A stretch of 64,000 nucleotides of DNA from Thermoplasmata archaeon (GTDB taxonomy: Archaea; Thermoplasmatota; Thermoplasmata; Lutacidiplasmatales; UBA184), in the NCBI GenBank assembly GCA_049285595.1, contig JBAQAF010000015.1:30733-94732 (forward strand), given 5' to 3'. Of the stretch, positions 10,388 through 19,961 are shown piece by piece; positions within the stretch are counted from its first letter, which is position 1; every line of letters starts with the position of its first letter. The position numbers were made by a program, and so were the translations under genes. Below the pieces are notes generated by a model. It saw only the letters and a program-made list of their open reading frames with translations, was not told the DNA's origin and made no database searches.

Positions 10388-11047
10388 TCAGCGGGTTTCC
10401 TTGTGAACCTGCCAGATCGACTCGAGGGGCCATCGTCGGGCCCACGCCGATTCCGCGACGGACAGGTAGGCCGACCGGTCCCGCGTGCTCGGACGAGTCT
10501 CGGTGAGCGATCGGACCACCAAACCGTTCTCGGTGAACAGGCGGATCCACTCGCCGTACGGAAGCTGGAAGTTCACCTCGTTCGGATAATCCACCCGATG
10601 CAGACCGAAGTAGTCGTAGAGGAGCCGAGCGCTCATGCGGTCGGTGCGCCGGTGCTGGGAGACCGTGCGGAACGGGCTCGAGGTAGCGAAGACGAGCCTT
10701 CCTCCGGGCCTGAGGACGCGGGAGACCTCGGGAACGGTCCGATGGGGATCGCAGAACGTCATCGCGCCCCAGTCGCAGAACACCACGTCGAACGTGCGGT
10801 CGCAGAACGGGAGGAGCTCCGCGTTGCCTCGAACGAGCCGGACCTTGCGTTCGGAGGCACGAACGAGCCGTCCTGCGTGCGCCAGTTGCGCTGAGGAGAG
10901 GTCGAGCCCTACCGCTCGGGCCCCCTTTTTCGCGAGGGCGATCGACCAGCGGGCCGCACCGCACCCCAGTTCGAGGATGTCCCGACCCCGGGGATCTCCG
11001 AGAGCGCGAAGGCCGGTCTCAGGGATCCGCCACAACCCCCAGGCCAT
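10388..11047 (-). CDS. Class I SAM-dependent methyltransferase
   Basis: MAWGLWRIPETGLRALGDPRGRDILELGCGAARWS (motif I) ... FDVVFCDWGAMTFC ... LRPGGRLVF. Start placed at ATG 11047; the ORF is open upstream to 11233, but that part is Arg-rich. Confidence 0.65.
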   Translation of the reverse strand: MAWGLWRIPETGLRALGDPRGRDILELGCGAARWSIALAKKGARAVGLDLSSAQLAHAGRLVRASERKVRLVRGNAELLPFCDRTFDVVFCDWGAMTFCDPHRTVPEVSRVLRPGGRLVFATSSPFRTVSQHRRTDRMSARLLYDYFGLHRVDYPNEVNFQLPYGEWIRLFTENGLVVRSLTETRPSTRDRSAYLSVAESAWARRWPLESIWQVHKETR

Positions 11048-11345
11048 CGACCTTCGACCCCCGAGGACCGTGCGGCAACGGCGGTCGTAGCCCTCGCTCT
11101 GCCGCTGCCACTGTACCAGGTTCGTTCGGATGTGGTCGTCGGCTCGAGCGCCGGCGTGGCCCCGGTCCGGCCGACGCGTCCCGCGGGGCCGGCTGCGCGA
11201 CGCCATCGATCGTTCGCAGCCCCCGGGGCACATGAGGCCGGTGACCCCGACGGCCCCCTACTCCGAGGCTCCCTCGGGGGGACGGCCGGCTCGCCGGTCG
11301 GAGCCTGGCATCCTACGCCCGAGTCTCAATCGGAACGGTCGCCGT

Positions 11346-11735
11346 TCAGTCCGTCCGATTCGATATCACGAACTCGTTGCCGTCGGGGTCGGCGATGACG
11401 GCGCGAACGAAGCTCCCGATCGACGTCTCGATGGTCTTCGGCTCCACCGACACGACGCCACCCCGCCGGGCGATCTCCCGGCAAGCCGTGGCGGGGTCCG
11501 CGTGGTGGAACACCACGCCCGATACGGTCCCGGGGTCTCGACCGTCCTCCCCGGGAGACTGGATGTGCATGGTGAGCAGCGTGGAAGTTCCCGGGAGCGC
11601 GAAGACGAGCCGGTTCGCCTTCTCGTCGAAGAGCAGCTCCTTGAGCCCGAGAACGTCCCGATAGAAGGTCCGCGCGGGTCCAGCGTCCCGAATGTGGATC
11701 GTTACGGAATGCAACCCGGAGATGACCTCGCTCAT
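11346..11735 (-). CDS. VOC (glyoxalase/bleomycin-resistance/dioxygenase fold) family protein
   Basis: 129 aa. HSVTIHIRDAGPARTFYRDVLGL ... DPDGNEFVI is a typical paired beta-alpha-beta-beta-beta module. Confidence 0.65.
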   Translation of the reverse strand: MSEVISGLHSVTIHIRDAGPARTFYRDVLGLKELLFDEKANRLVFALPGTSTLLTMHIQSPGEDGRDPGTVSGVVFHHADPATACREIARRGGVVSVEPKTIETSIGSFVRAVIADPDGNEFVISNRTD

Positions 11736-11865
11736 GACGACCCATCCGCGTCCCCACGATTAATTCTTCCCGACCCCGATCCGGCTCCGTACGCCGCCCC
11801 GGGGGAGGACCGGCCACCGGGCAGCCGCGTACCTACCACGGTCTCCGCGACCCGGGAGCCCCGCG

Positions 11866-12642
11866 CTAGATCCCCGGATCGGAGGAGACCCGTCGGGTCG
11901 ACTTGGTCGCCTCAAGTTCGAAGGCAAGGAACTCGTTGCCGTCCGGGTCGGTGAATCGGATGACATCGCGACCCCACGGCTCGTGCGACACGGTCTGGGT
12001 GACTCGCGCCCCGGCGTGCTCCAGTCGAAGCTGGAGCGCCCGGACGCTGTCCGTTCGGTACACGATCCCCGTCGTGACCCCGGCGCGGCGCAAGGTCTCC
12101 GTGTAGAGCGGCTCCCCCCACGACGGTTGCGGGGTCACGAGCGAGAGGGCGGTCGACCCCTTGCCGAGCCCGAGCTGGACGAATCCGCTCTCGGGGTTGT
12201 CCTCGAGGACCAGAAAGCCGAGAATGTCTCGGTACCACGCGATCGCCTTCGCCCGGTCCCGGACGACCACGGCGACACTGTGGAGCTGGGTAATGCGACC
12301 CGAGCCCCGCGACGGAGGGGGCTCGATGTTGACTCCGGACCCGATCCGGTCGGGGCGCCAATCGAGGACCAGATAGCCGACGTTCGGGACCTTGCGCAGC
12401 GGATCGGTCCTCAGGAGGGACTCCGCCTTTGCTCGGTCCTCGGCGCGGAAGATCACGAGATCGCCCTTGGGGCCGGTGAGCTCTCCCCGCGCGACCAGCC
12501 GCCCCGCCGCGTCCAGCGACTCGGCGTGCTTGTCCCTCCGTTTCAACCGAGGCGGAGCTTTGGGGATCGGGTCGCGGTAGATCGCGAGACGCAGGTAGAG
12601 CCGTTTCGGCTTCCGACCGGCCCGGGAGCGCACGGTCGCCAT
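11866..12642 (-). CDS. YciI-like domain fused to a VOC/glyoxalase domain
   Basis: From MATVRS (12642) there is a YciI-like region (GELTGPKGDLVIFRAEDRAKAESLLRTDP), then a VOC region (LHSVAVVVRDRAKAIAWYRDILGF ... FTDPDGNEFLAFE). The ORF is open up to 12825, but that N-extension is low complexity. Confidence 0.5.
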   Translation of the reverse strand: MATVRSRAGRKPKRLYLRLAIYRDPIPKAPPRLKRRDKHAESLDAAGRLVARGELTGPKGDLVIFRAEDRAKAESLLRTDPLRKVPNVGYLVLDWRPDRIGSGVNIEPPPSRGSGRITQLHSVAVVVRDRAKAIAWYRDILGFLVLEDNPESGFVQLGLGKGSTALSLVTPQPSWGEPLYTETLRRAGVTTGIVYRTDSVRALQLRLEHAGARVTQTVSHEPWGRDVIRFTDPDGNEFLAFELEATKSTRRVSSDPGI

Positions 12643-12778
12643 GGGTGCGATCGGCGGAGAGACCGAGCGGCCCTTTAGGCGCTCCCTCTCGCCGGCAGAT
12701 CGATCACAGGACGATCTGCGCGGCCCTGACCTCCCCGGGCGATCCGGCCGGGGGGAGGGTCGATCGAACGGATCGGCG

Positions 12779-13660
12779 CTACGGGAGCGTGAGCTCCCCC
12801 TGGGAGATCTCCGTGAAGAACCCACCGACCCGCACCCTCGTCACGATCGAGTCGGCGAGACCCGCCCGGGCGTAGAGGCGGCTCGGGCGGTGGATCTCGA
12901 GCCCCTGTTCGATCTCGATCGGTGTGTCGGGAGCGACGATCGCGTGACGGACCATCCAGGCCGCCGCGGGCCCGGCGGCGGAACCGGTGGCCGGATCGTC
13001 CCCCCCGTAGAAGACCATCCTCGCATGGAGGGTCGCTTCGGGCGCAACCGTCTCGCGGGAGATCGCGTAGAAGAACCGGGCGTCGGTGCGGTCCAGGTAC
13101 GCCTGCATCCGGTGCCACTCCGGGGACCACCGCTCGAGGGTCGCTCGCCGGAGGAAGGGGACGATCGCGACGGGGTTCCCGCACGAGACCGTCTCGATCG
13201 GGTATCTCGGGTCCAGTTCTTCGATCGGCACCCCGATCGCCTCGGCGACGGCCGTGGGGTCGTGCACTCGACCGAACGTAGGATCGACCTGGGTCATCTC
13301 GCCGAACGATCGGCCGTCCCGAACAGTGAATCGCACCGGGATCGGCCCGACATTCAGCTCGAGCATCACGTCATCGCCCTCGCCCCGTTCGCGCAGCACG
13401 GCCGCGGTCCCGAGCGTCGGATGTCCGGCGAACGGCATCTCCTCGCGCGTGGTGAAGATTCGAGTCCGTATCCCGCGCTCGCGTTCCACCGAGGCGTCCC
13501 TACGAAGGACGAACGTCGTCTCGGAGAGGTTGAACTCGCGGGCGATCGAGAGCATCTCGGGGTCGGTGAGACCCGCACCGTTCGGCACGACCGCGAGCGA
13601 GTTCCCTTCGAGCGCCCGGGTCGTGAAGACGTCGATCGTGACGAACGGCCACCGACGCAT
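12779..13660 (-). CDS. PhzF-family (phenazine biosynthesis-like) isomerase
   Basis: 293 aa. N-terminus VTIDVFTTRALEGNSLAVV ... LSIAREFNLSETTFV matches PhzF/DAP-epimerase-like fold proteins. Confidence 0.7.
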   Translation of the reverse strand: MRRWPFVTIDVFTTRALEGNSLAVVPNGAGLTDPEMLSIAREFNLSETTFVLRRDASVERERGIRTRIFTTREEMPFAGHPTLGTAAVLRERGEGDDVMLELNVGPIPVRFTVRDGRSFGEMTQVDPTFGRVHDPTAVAEAIGVPIEELDPRYPIETVSCGNPVAIVPFLRRATLERWSPEWHRMQAYLDRTDARFFYAISRETVAPEATLHARMVFYGGDDPATGSAAGPAAAWMVRHAIVAPDTPIEIEQGLEIHRPSRLYARAGLADSIVTRVRVGGFFTEISQGELTLP

Positions 13661-13760
13661 CGCCGCGCGCTTCGCTCCGGGCCCTATTACGATTCCACGT
13701 CGGACGGTCCGCGGCGTACCCTAGAGTGTATACGCTCCGATACGATCGTCCCTCCGCATC

Positions 13761-13976
13761 ATGACGAGTGACGAACTCCAGGAGGCGTTGCGCGAAAGCA
13801 AGCGCGCGGCCAAGGATCTTGCCCTCGCCTCCGCCCGGCTGACCAAGCATCTGCTGCTCCAGGCGGGTGCGGTCGCCCGTGATCCGAGGGGCTCCGCCGC
13901 GAAGGCAGCCCGTCAGGTCGGAAAGGAGCTGGACGCCGCCTCCCGCGAGATCGACCGGATCCTGAAGGATCTGTAG
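13761..13976 (+). CDS. Small coiled-coil hypothetical protein
   Basis: 71-aa ORF between convergent neighbours. Lys/Ala-rich helical composition; no homology recognised. Confidence 0.25.
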   Translation: MTSDELQEALRESKRAAKDLALASARLTKHLLLQAGAVARDPRGSAAKAARQVGKELDAASREIDRILKDL

Positions 13977-14047
13977 GTCCGAGGCCGTAGCCGCCCAGCG
14001 CACGATGGTCTCCGCGGGATCCCCCCCGTTGGCGCGAGACCGCCCGA

Positions 14048-15001
14048 TCAGTCGGTCGACGATCGGATCATCAACGACGTGGAGACCGATCGTTTGAGCC
14101 CGACGGAGGTCATCGTCGCGTCCCAGGCCCCGATGGGTTCGGGGACCGAGGCGACGATCCGGCTCGCTCCGAGCCCGCGAGCCCACTCGATCCCGGGCTC
14201 GAGCAGGGAAGGGAATGCGTCGGGTGGAAGCGAGGACTCCCAGGCCGCCGGAATGAGATACGCCGTTGCATTGATCGGGGCGTAGTACCCCCGGACGACC
14301 CCCGTCGGTCCGTGCGCGCCCGGGAGCCCCCAGGTCTTCGATTTCGACCCGGGGAGCGCGAAGAGCAGTTCGACGTGAGAGAGCATGCGAGGAGTCGCCG
14401 GGAACGGACCCCGCACGTCGGCCGATCGGTGCTCCTCGACCCAGGGGAGGACGGCACGGAGCCGGGGTCCGGAGAGGTCGCTCATCGTAGACCGCGGAGC
14501 GGATTCGGGGGGCGGAAGATCGCCGACGAACCAAGTGAACCGAGCGACCTCTCGGTATCCGAGGCGTTGGTAGATCCGGAGCGCCGTCAAGTTCGTGGAC
14601 TCGACATCCAAGGCGAGCCACGGAGTTCCCTTCTCCCGGACGATCCGATGCGCTTCCTGGAGGAGCTGCGTGGCGATCCCCCGGCCTCGGGCGGCGGGCT
14701 CGGTCGCCACCCCGACGACGACGCCGACCGTCTTCCGCGGAACGACCGAGGTGGTACTGACGATCCGGCCCTGTTCGACCGCCACGAGGATGCGGATAGA
14801 ACGGCCGACGGCGCGCGACAGGAAGTAGAGGATCCAGACCCCGGGTCGACGTAACGTCCGGATCAGCGGCACCACGGTCTGGTCGATTCCGATCGCGCGT
14901 TCGAGTTCCCCGATCCCCGATAGGATGACGCGCTCGTACGATGGGATATCCCTCCGACGTAACTCTCGAATCTCGACCACGGGCGGCGACGACTCCTTCA
15001 C
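14048..15001 (-). CDS. GNAT-family N-acetyltransferase (two-domain architecture)
   Basis: Acetyl-CoA-binding motif VGVATEPAARGRGIATQLLQEA ... LRIYQRLGY in the N-terminal half. The C-terminal half is a second, degenerate GNAT-like fold. Confidence 0.6.
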   Translation of the reverse strand: MKESSPPVVEIRELRRRDIPSYERVILSGIGELERAIGIDQTVVPLIRTLRRPGVWILYFLSRAVGRSIRILVAVEQGRIVSTTSVVPRKTVGVVVGVATEPAARGRGIATQLLQEAHRIVREKGTPWLALDVESTNLTALRIYQRLGYREVARFTWFVGDLPPPESAPRSTMSDLSGPRLRAVLPWVEEHRSADVRGPFPATPRMLSHVELLFALPGSKSKTWGLPGAHGPTGVVRGYYAPINATAYLIPAAWESSLPPDAFPSLLEPGIEWARGLGASRIVASVPEPIGAWDATMTSVGLKRSVSTSLMIRSSTD

Positions 15002-15238
15002 GGGATGGACCGTCGGCCGAGCCGGCGGTGCCTGCTCGCACCCGGACCCTCGGATAACCTGTTCGACCCGGCCGTTCCGAAGGAGGTTCGGGGCGACGTC
15101 GAGAGACTCTCGACCGGGGCCCCCACGAGTCCGTGCCTATCCGCCGGCGTCGGGATCGGGATGGGAAGGCCGCTCCCCCAGCGGGGCCGCTTTCGCGCTA
15201 CGGGCCGCCGCGTCGCCGCGCCGCTTCGAAGAGTGCGA

Positions 15239-15841
15239 TCAGGTTCCCTTCGGGATCCTTCCCGATGAAGCTCCAACCGACGCCCGGGATCTCCGACTTG
15301 GGGGAGATCTCCTTGCCCCCAGCCGCCTCTTGAAGGTACGGACCGCCGGGCCGATCTTGTCGACGGCGATGAAGTTCCGAGGACCGTCCTTCGCGCTCAT
15401 CCGCTGGTACATCCCGCCTCGGATCGACTTGCCCTTAGGTCCGGTGGAGATCAGCCAGTACTGCATGCCGGGCATACCGGAGTCGTTGAATTTCCAGTCG
15501 AACACCCGGGCGTAGAAGGCGCTCAACTTCTAGGCGTTCTTCGGAGGGATCTCGAAGTGGACGACGGTGTGGACGACCATGGGTTCGCGACCCACCGGCG
15601 GCGTACTCATAACAACGGTCGCGCGGACCTGGCTCGAGAGAAGAACCGCTGGGGCGGAGGTTCCCTCGGCCCCCCGGTCCTCCCCGTAGCTCTCGGAGAG
15701 CCCCGCGATCGTTAGGAAGTTGGGGAACATCATCCGACCCCGCACCTGCTCGAACTCCGCGATCGCCGGAGCAAGCGCCTTCCCATCGATCACGACGAGG
15801 GAGCCGAGCGTTTCCACCACGGCGGACTCCACGAGGACCAC
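15239..15841 (-). pseudogene. VOC/glyoxalase-family gene interrupted by an in-frame TAG at 15530-15532
   Basis: ORF 15530..15841 ends ...VHFEIPPKNA-TAG, then KLSAFYARVFDWKF... continues in the same frame (ORF 15239..15526, which uses a TTG 'start'). HFEIPxxxxxAxxFY...FGW is the canonical VOC N-terminal motif, so the TAG replaces one sense codon. Confidence 0.55.
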
Positions 15842-16102
15842 CGAGAACGCCGCCAGGGTGGGCAGTACCGGCGACCGATGGACGCCGGCGTTGGCCCTCG
15901 GCCGTGACTTTGAGCCGGAGCAGCCGCCCCCCGGCCGGTCGCGACCGCCGCTCGGCGCCCGCTCCGGTCGGCGTCCCCGGTCCGGGGAGCGAGGGCCCCC
16001 GCTACCGGTGAACTACCGGCGGCGGAGCCGGACGGATAGCTCGCCCAGGGTGCGCACCGAGCGTGCGCTACGTTCTTACCCCGGAATCGGGGTCGGAGGC
16101 CC

Positions 16103-16369
16103 ATGTCCGCCCATCCGTTCTCCCACGACCACTCGACCCGAGCGGCGCACGGCTTCTTCGGGATGATCCGTCGGAGGATTCTGGTGACGCTCTCTGCGAC
16201 CGTCGGCTGGCTCTCCTTGATCCTTCTGTATGTCGCGTTCTGGGCCCACGCCTTCAGCCTGTTCCAGAGCATCGTCGTGGTCGTGGTCTCGCTTCTGATC
16301 CTCGGGGCGGTGGTTCTGGGCGCTTGGATCTCCTTTGCCCTGCGCTTCGCGGAACCTTGGTCCGACTAG
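16103..16369 (+). CDS. Small two-TM membrane protein (hypothetical)
   Basis: 88 aa with two hydrophobic helices. No family assigned. Confidence 0.3.
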   Translation: MSAHPFSHDHSTRAAHGFFGMIRRRILVTLSATVGWLSLILLYVAFWAHAFSLFQSIVVVVVSLLILGAVVLGAWISFALRFAEPWSD

Positions 16370-16450
16370 GGCTCTGGGCGGAGATCAATCTCGGACGCCC
16401 CTTGGGAGGGGCCGCCCACACCCCGATCGCCCCTTCCGCACGTTTAAGGC

Positions 16451-16657
16451 ATGGAAAACGCATGCCACGCCGCTCGCCCCCGGCGAGCGGTGGAAACCAT
16501 GGGCTGCGGAAAGATGAAAGTGGCGTGCGCGGATGGCTTTGAGATGATCACCACGAAGGAGCACGAGCTCGTGAAATTCGTCCAGCAGCACGTCAAGGAG
16601 AGCCACGGGAAGGACGTTAGCCGGGACGAAGTCATGAAAATGGCCAAGCACCCGTAG
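16451..16657 (+). CDS. DUF1059-family small protein
   Basis: MKVACADGFEMITTKEHELVKFVQQHVKESHGKDVSRDEVMKMAK resembles DUF1059. The true start is probably an internal ATG (MGCGKMKV). Confidence 0.5.
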   Translation: MENACHAARPRRAVETMGCGKMKVACADGFEMITTKEHELVKFVQQHVKESHGKDVSRDEVMKMAKHP

Positions 16658-16790
16658 GGTGCACCGCACGATCCCGTACCCAACCCCTTCCTGATTCTCC
16701 GTCCGAGTCCGAACTCGGCCGGCGGGGGCGCCTACCGGGGCTCGTTCGCCGTTCGGGGCGAGGCGAAAGCCCGGCCCGCTAGGCGGCCGT

Positions 16791-16916
16791 TCAGCGGCGC
16801 GCCCGGTTCCCGCCGAACGGCACCTGGCGGCGCCGGGCGGCGATACGCATCTGACGGCTCTTGTGGTGCTTCTTCTTCCCGCCCGCGGACGGGCGCTTCC
16901 TGGGGGTTCGCGTCAT
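16791..16916 (-). CDS. Small basic ORF resembling ribosomal protein eS30 (not in the ORF track)
   Basis: 41 codons: MTRTPRKRPSAGGKKKHHKSRQMRIAARRRQVPFGGNRARR. It aligns loosely to the eS30 core ...QTPKV..[28 protein letters not shown]. Lys codons are AAG and His codons CAC in an otherwise CGN-dominated high-GC background. It sits in the 330-bp gap divergent from the EamA gene. Confidence 0.25.
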   Translation of the reverse strand: MTRTPRKRPSAGGKKKHHKSRQMRIAARRRQVPFGGNRARR

Positions 16917-16991
16917 CGACTCCGCTTCTCCGAAGGGAACGCGGGGCCACTCCGGCGGGTCTCATAAGCGCGCGGGAGTCCCGCAGGGTAG

Positions 16992-17903
16992 ATGTCGGGG
17001 ACCGTGGGATCGGCCCCGAGCTCGCGTCGGGTCCTACTTCTGCTGGTGGCGCTCGGGCTGATCTGGGGGTCCGCCTACCCGGTGATCCGGTTCGGGATCC
17101 TCTCGGGCGCGACCCCGATCGCGTTCGCCGCCACCCGCTATGGGATCAGCGCGGTCGCCATCGCGACGGTCGCGCTCGCGACGTCGCTGCGCCGTCCGAC
17201 GGCTCGCGAGCTCGCGGTCTCGGCGCTCCTCGGCCTGCCGATCGTGGGCCTGTACGGCCTCCTCCTCTACGTGGGCGAAGCGACGACCTCGGGCGGGCTC
17301 TCGTCGATCCTGATCGGAGCGACGCCTCTGCTCACCACGCTCATCGCGCTCCCCCTACTCCCGGGAGAGGCCCCGACGCGCTGGGGGTACGCCGGACTGA
17401 TCATCGGCTTCTCGGGGGTCGCCGTGCTGGTCGCGCCTCCCCCGGGGGTCACGCTCGCGACGAGCGTCTGGGGGCCGGTGCTCGTCCTCGGGGCCGCGGG
17501 TAGCTTCGCGATCGGGTCGGTCCTGCTCCGGAAGAAACGGCCGCAGGGTGAGACCCTCTGGGGCCTCTCCGTCCAGTTCGCGGTCGCCACGGTGTTCCTC
17601 GCCGCCGTGCTGCCCGTGCTCGAGCCTCGGTCGACGCTGCCCCTTTCCGGGGACGTTCTGCTCAGCCTCGCGTACCTGGTCGCCCTCCCGTCCGTCGCCG
17701 GCTACATCCTGTACTTCTACCTGCATCACCACGTCGGCCCCGGGCGGGCGAACGTTGTCGCCTACGTGAACCCCGTCGCGGCCCTCTCGATCGGGACCAT
17801 CGTCTTCGCGGAGGCGTTCCACTGGTGGGAGGTAGCGGGCTTTGCCTTGATCGTGGTCGGGCTCACCGTGTTGACCCGATCGCGTCGAGCTGCGGCGGGG
17901 TGA
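16992..17903 (+). CDS. EamA/DMT-family transporter
   Basis: 303 aa with about 10 TM segments and two EamA-like repeats. Confidence 0.65.
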   Translation: MSGTVGSAPSSRRVLLLLVALGLIWGSAYPVIRFGILSGATPIAFAATRYGISAVAIATVALATSLRRPTARELAVSALLGLPIVGLYGLLLYVGEATTSGGLSSILIGATPLLTTLIALPLLPGEAPTRWGYAGLIIGFSGVAVLVAPPPGVTLATSVWGPVLVLGAAGSFAIGSVLLRKKRPQGETLWGLSVQFAVATVFLAAVLPVLEPRSTLPLSGDVLLSLAYLVALPSVAGYILYFYLHHHVGPGRANVVAYVNPVAALSIGTIVFAEAFHWWEVAGFALIVVGLTVLTRSRRAAAG

Positions 17904-17924
17904 GCCCCGCGATCCCGTACCGGC

Positions 17925-18779
17925 TCACAGAAGGTGGGACCGGGCCGTCGTGCCGGGGGGACGATCGCCCTTCTCTGCCGTCACCGACCACATGAGCGGC
18001 AGCAATCCCTCGTCCTTTGTGAGGCGCCAGTACCCTTGTCGGTCCCGGGTCATGAACGGAAATCGGCGCCAGAAGCTGAACGGGTACTCGCGCACCACCC
18101 GGAGAGTGAGTCCGGCGCGCGCGAGGGCCGTGAGGACGCGCCCGACCGGGTGGATCCAGGAGTACGTGACCCGGTGCTTCATCTTCGCGGAGGTCGCATA
18201 CGTGCCGTCGTACTCCTCCCGCATCGCTGCCGCCCGGAAGTAGGGGACCTTCGGTTCGAGCGCGCTCACATGGTCCCCGTTCGGAAACACCTCGATCATC
18301 GGATGGTCCTCGAGCAGGTAGAATCGGCCCCCCGGCGCGAGCAGATCGCCTACGACCCGGGCCCACGCCTCGATGTCGGGGAGCCAGCAGGTCGCGCCCT
18401 TCCCCGTGTAGACGATGTCGTACGGCCCGCTCAGCACCGAGGGGACGTCGTAGACGTTCGAGCGCACGAACGTCGCCCGGATCCCGGCCTCGCGGGCGAG
18501 ACGGCGAGCAGCGCGGATCGCCGCGGGAGAAAAATCGACCCCGGTCACCGTCGCCCCCCGCCGCGCCCAGGAGAGCGTATCGAGCCCGAAGTGGCACTGC
18601 AGGTGCAGGAGCGATCGCCCACGCACTGGGCCCATCTCGGCGACCTCGAGGGGCTCGAGCGTGCTCTTTCCGCGCAGGAAGGCCGGGACGTCGTAGGACG
18701 GGGCCGCCACGTGCAACGGAACGCTCTCGTCCCACTTGCGGCGGTTGACCTCCATGCGCCGGCGCTCCGTCGCCTCCAC
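17925..18779 (-). CDS. Class I SAM-dependent methyltransferase
   Basis: LHLQCHFGLDTLSWARRGATVTGVDFSPAAIRAARRLA (motif I and post-I) ... LLAPGGRFYL. Confidence 0.6.
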   Translation of the reverse strand: MEATERRRMEVNRRKWDESVPLHVAAPSYDVPAFLRGKSTLEPLEVAEMGPVRGRSLLHLQCHFGLDTLSWARRGATVTGVDFSPAAIRAARRLAREAGIRATFVRSNVYDVPSVLSGPYDIVYTGKGATCWLPDIEAWARVVGDLLAPGGRFYLLEDHPMIEVFPNGDHVSALEPKVPYFRAAAMREEYDGTYATSAKMKHRVTYSWIHPVGRVLTALARAGLTLRVVREYPFSFWRRFPFMTRDRQGYWRLTKDEGLLPLMWSVTAEKGDRPPGTTARSHLL

Positions 18780-18906
18780 GACTCCCCGACCCCGGAACCG
18801 CAGGATAACGCGAGCGGGGGCCGGGAGACCCGGCCGACCCGACCGCGACCCTCCGCCGTCCCCGGTCTCGGAGCGCTACCGACCGGGCCAGCGATCGTTC
18901 GGTTCG

Positions 18907-19707
18907 TTAGGCTCCGATCGCGACCGGAGCGTCCTCGCGATGGAGGAGCCAGCCCGAGGAGGCGGGGCGCATCATCCAATCCCGGCGGAGGGCACGGGCG
19001 TACCCGGCCGCTCGGACGAACTCCGCTCCCGCCCTCTCGGCGGGGGAGACACGACCGCAGTGGATTCCGCGGGGGAGGCGCAGGTCGTACGCGACACGGC
19101 AGGGGGGTCGACGCCAAGCGACGTACTGCGTTATCGGGGAGTAGACCGCCGCCGCTTGCGACCAAGACGAGGAAGGAGGGGAGGGCGGGGGGTCGGCCGA
19201 CGACGTCGGGAGATACGGCGGGATCATCGTGAGCGACGGGACCGCGGCCAGCGGTAGCGAAGGATCGAGATCATGGGATGACGGACTCCACTCGCCGAAC
19301 GAATCCCGCTCCTCGAGTCTCGGCTCGAACGGCCGAAAAGGGATCTCACGGTCGGGCGCATGGGACGGCCCCCCGTCCGGGGGGGAGGTGGAGTAGGAGC
19401 CGCTCTTCGCCATCCGCGTCACCGGTACGGACCAGATGCGGGAGAGCAGCGCGGGTAGATCGTACAATCCGGGGGGTTTCGTTTCGCGGTCCCCCGCCCG
19501 AGGCGGGTGCGACCGCTCCTCCTCGAACGGTCGGACCCTCTCCTCACCGGACCGGTGGGGGCCGAACTCCGCGAGCGGATACCGGCTGACCGGGCCCACG
19601 AGCAACGGGAGCGGTGATGCGCCGGCCGGGACCGTCGAATCGTCATACTGCGCTCCGCTCCACCCCCCGGGTACGCGCAGCCTGCGGGGGTCCGGCCGTT
19701 CGGCCAT
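18907..19707 (-). CDS. Proline-rich hypothetical protein (uncertain)
   Basis: 266-aa ORF downstream of, and co-directional with, the surface glycoprotein gene. Low-complexity Pro/Ser-rich; coding status not established. Confidence 0.2.
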   Translation of the reverse strand: MAERPDPRRLRVPGGWSGAQYDDSTVPAGASPLPLLVGPVSRYPLAEFGPHRSGEERVRPFEEERSHPPRAGDRETKPPGLYDLPALLSRIWSVPVTRMAKSGSYSTSPPDGGPSHAPDREIPFRPFEPRLEERDSFGEWSPSSHDLDPSLPLAAVPSLTMIPPYLPTSSADPPPSPPSSSWSQAAAVYSPITQYVAWRRPPCRVAYDLRLPRGIHCGRVSPAERAGAEFVRAAGYARALRRDWMMRPASSGWLLHREDAPVAIGA

Positions 19708-19961
19708 CGGTTCAGTCCAACCCTCCCTCGTTCGGTCCTGCCCCTATAATGAGTGATGGTGGAGGAGAACGGACGGGGACGGAGAGCTCGGGCCCCGAGC
19801 GGACGATCGGAACGCGTGAACTCGGCGCCCCTCGACCTCCCTTCCCCCGAGACCCTCGGGACGGGCATCCCCACCGGCCGAGTCCGGGTGGACCAATTAG
19901 GGGTCGGCGCCGCCCCCCTCGGGGAGGGAACGGCGCCGACCGAGGTCGGAGCGGAAGGCGG

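Noticed and set aside
15530-15532. Pyrrolysine (TAG) or selenocysteine (TGA) recoding as the explanation for the in-frame stops
   Set aside because: TAG and TGA both terminate well-conserved, full-length genes in this same window: TBP and the cyclase end in TAG, and the MFS transporter and TatD in TGA. No SECIS-like hairpin or Pyl machinery is visible. Point nonsense mutations or sequence errors are more parsimonious. Kept as a low-probability alternative in the findings.
16441-16500. Two TGGAAAAC/TGGAAACC motifs and a GGCATG...CATGCC hairpin as a possible ORB-type replication-origin element
   Set aside because: The motifs lie inside or at the start of the DUF1059 coding region. There is no AT-rich unwinding element and no repeated ORB copies, so this is insufficient for an origin call.
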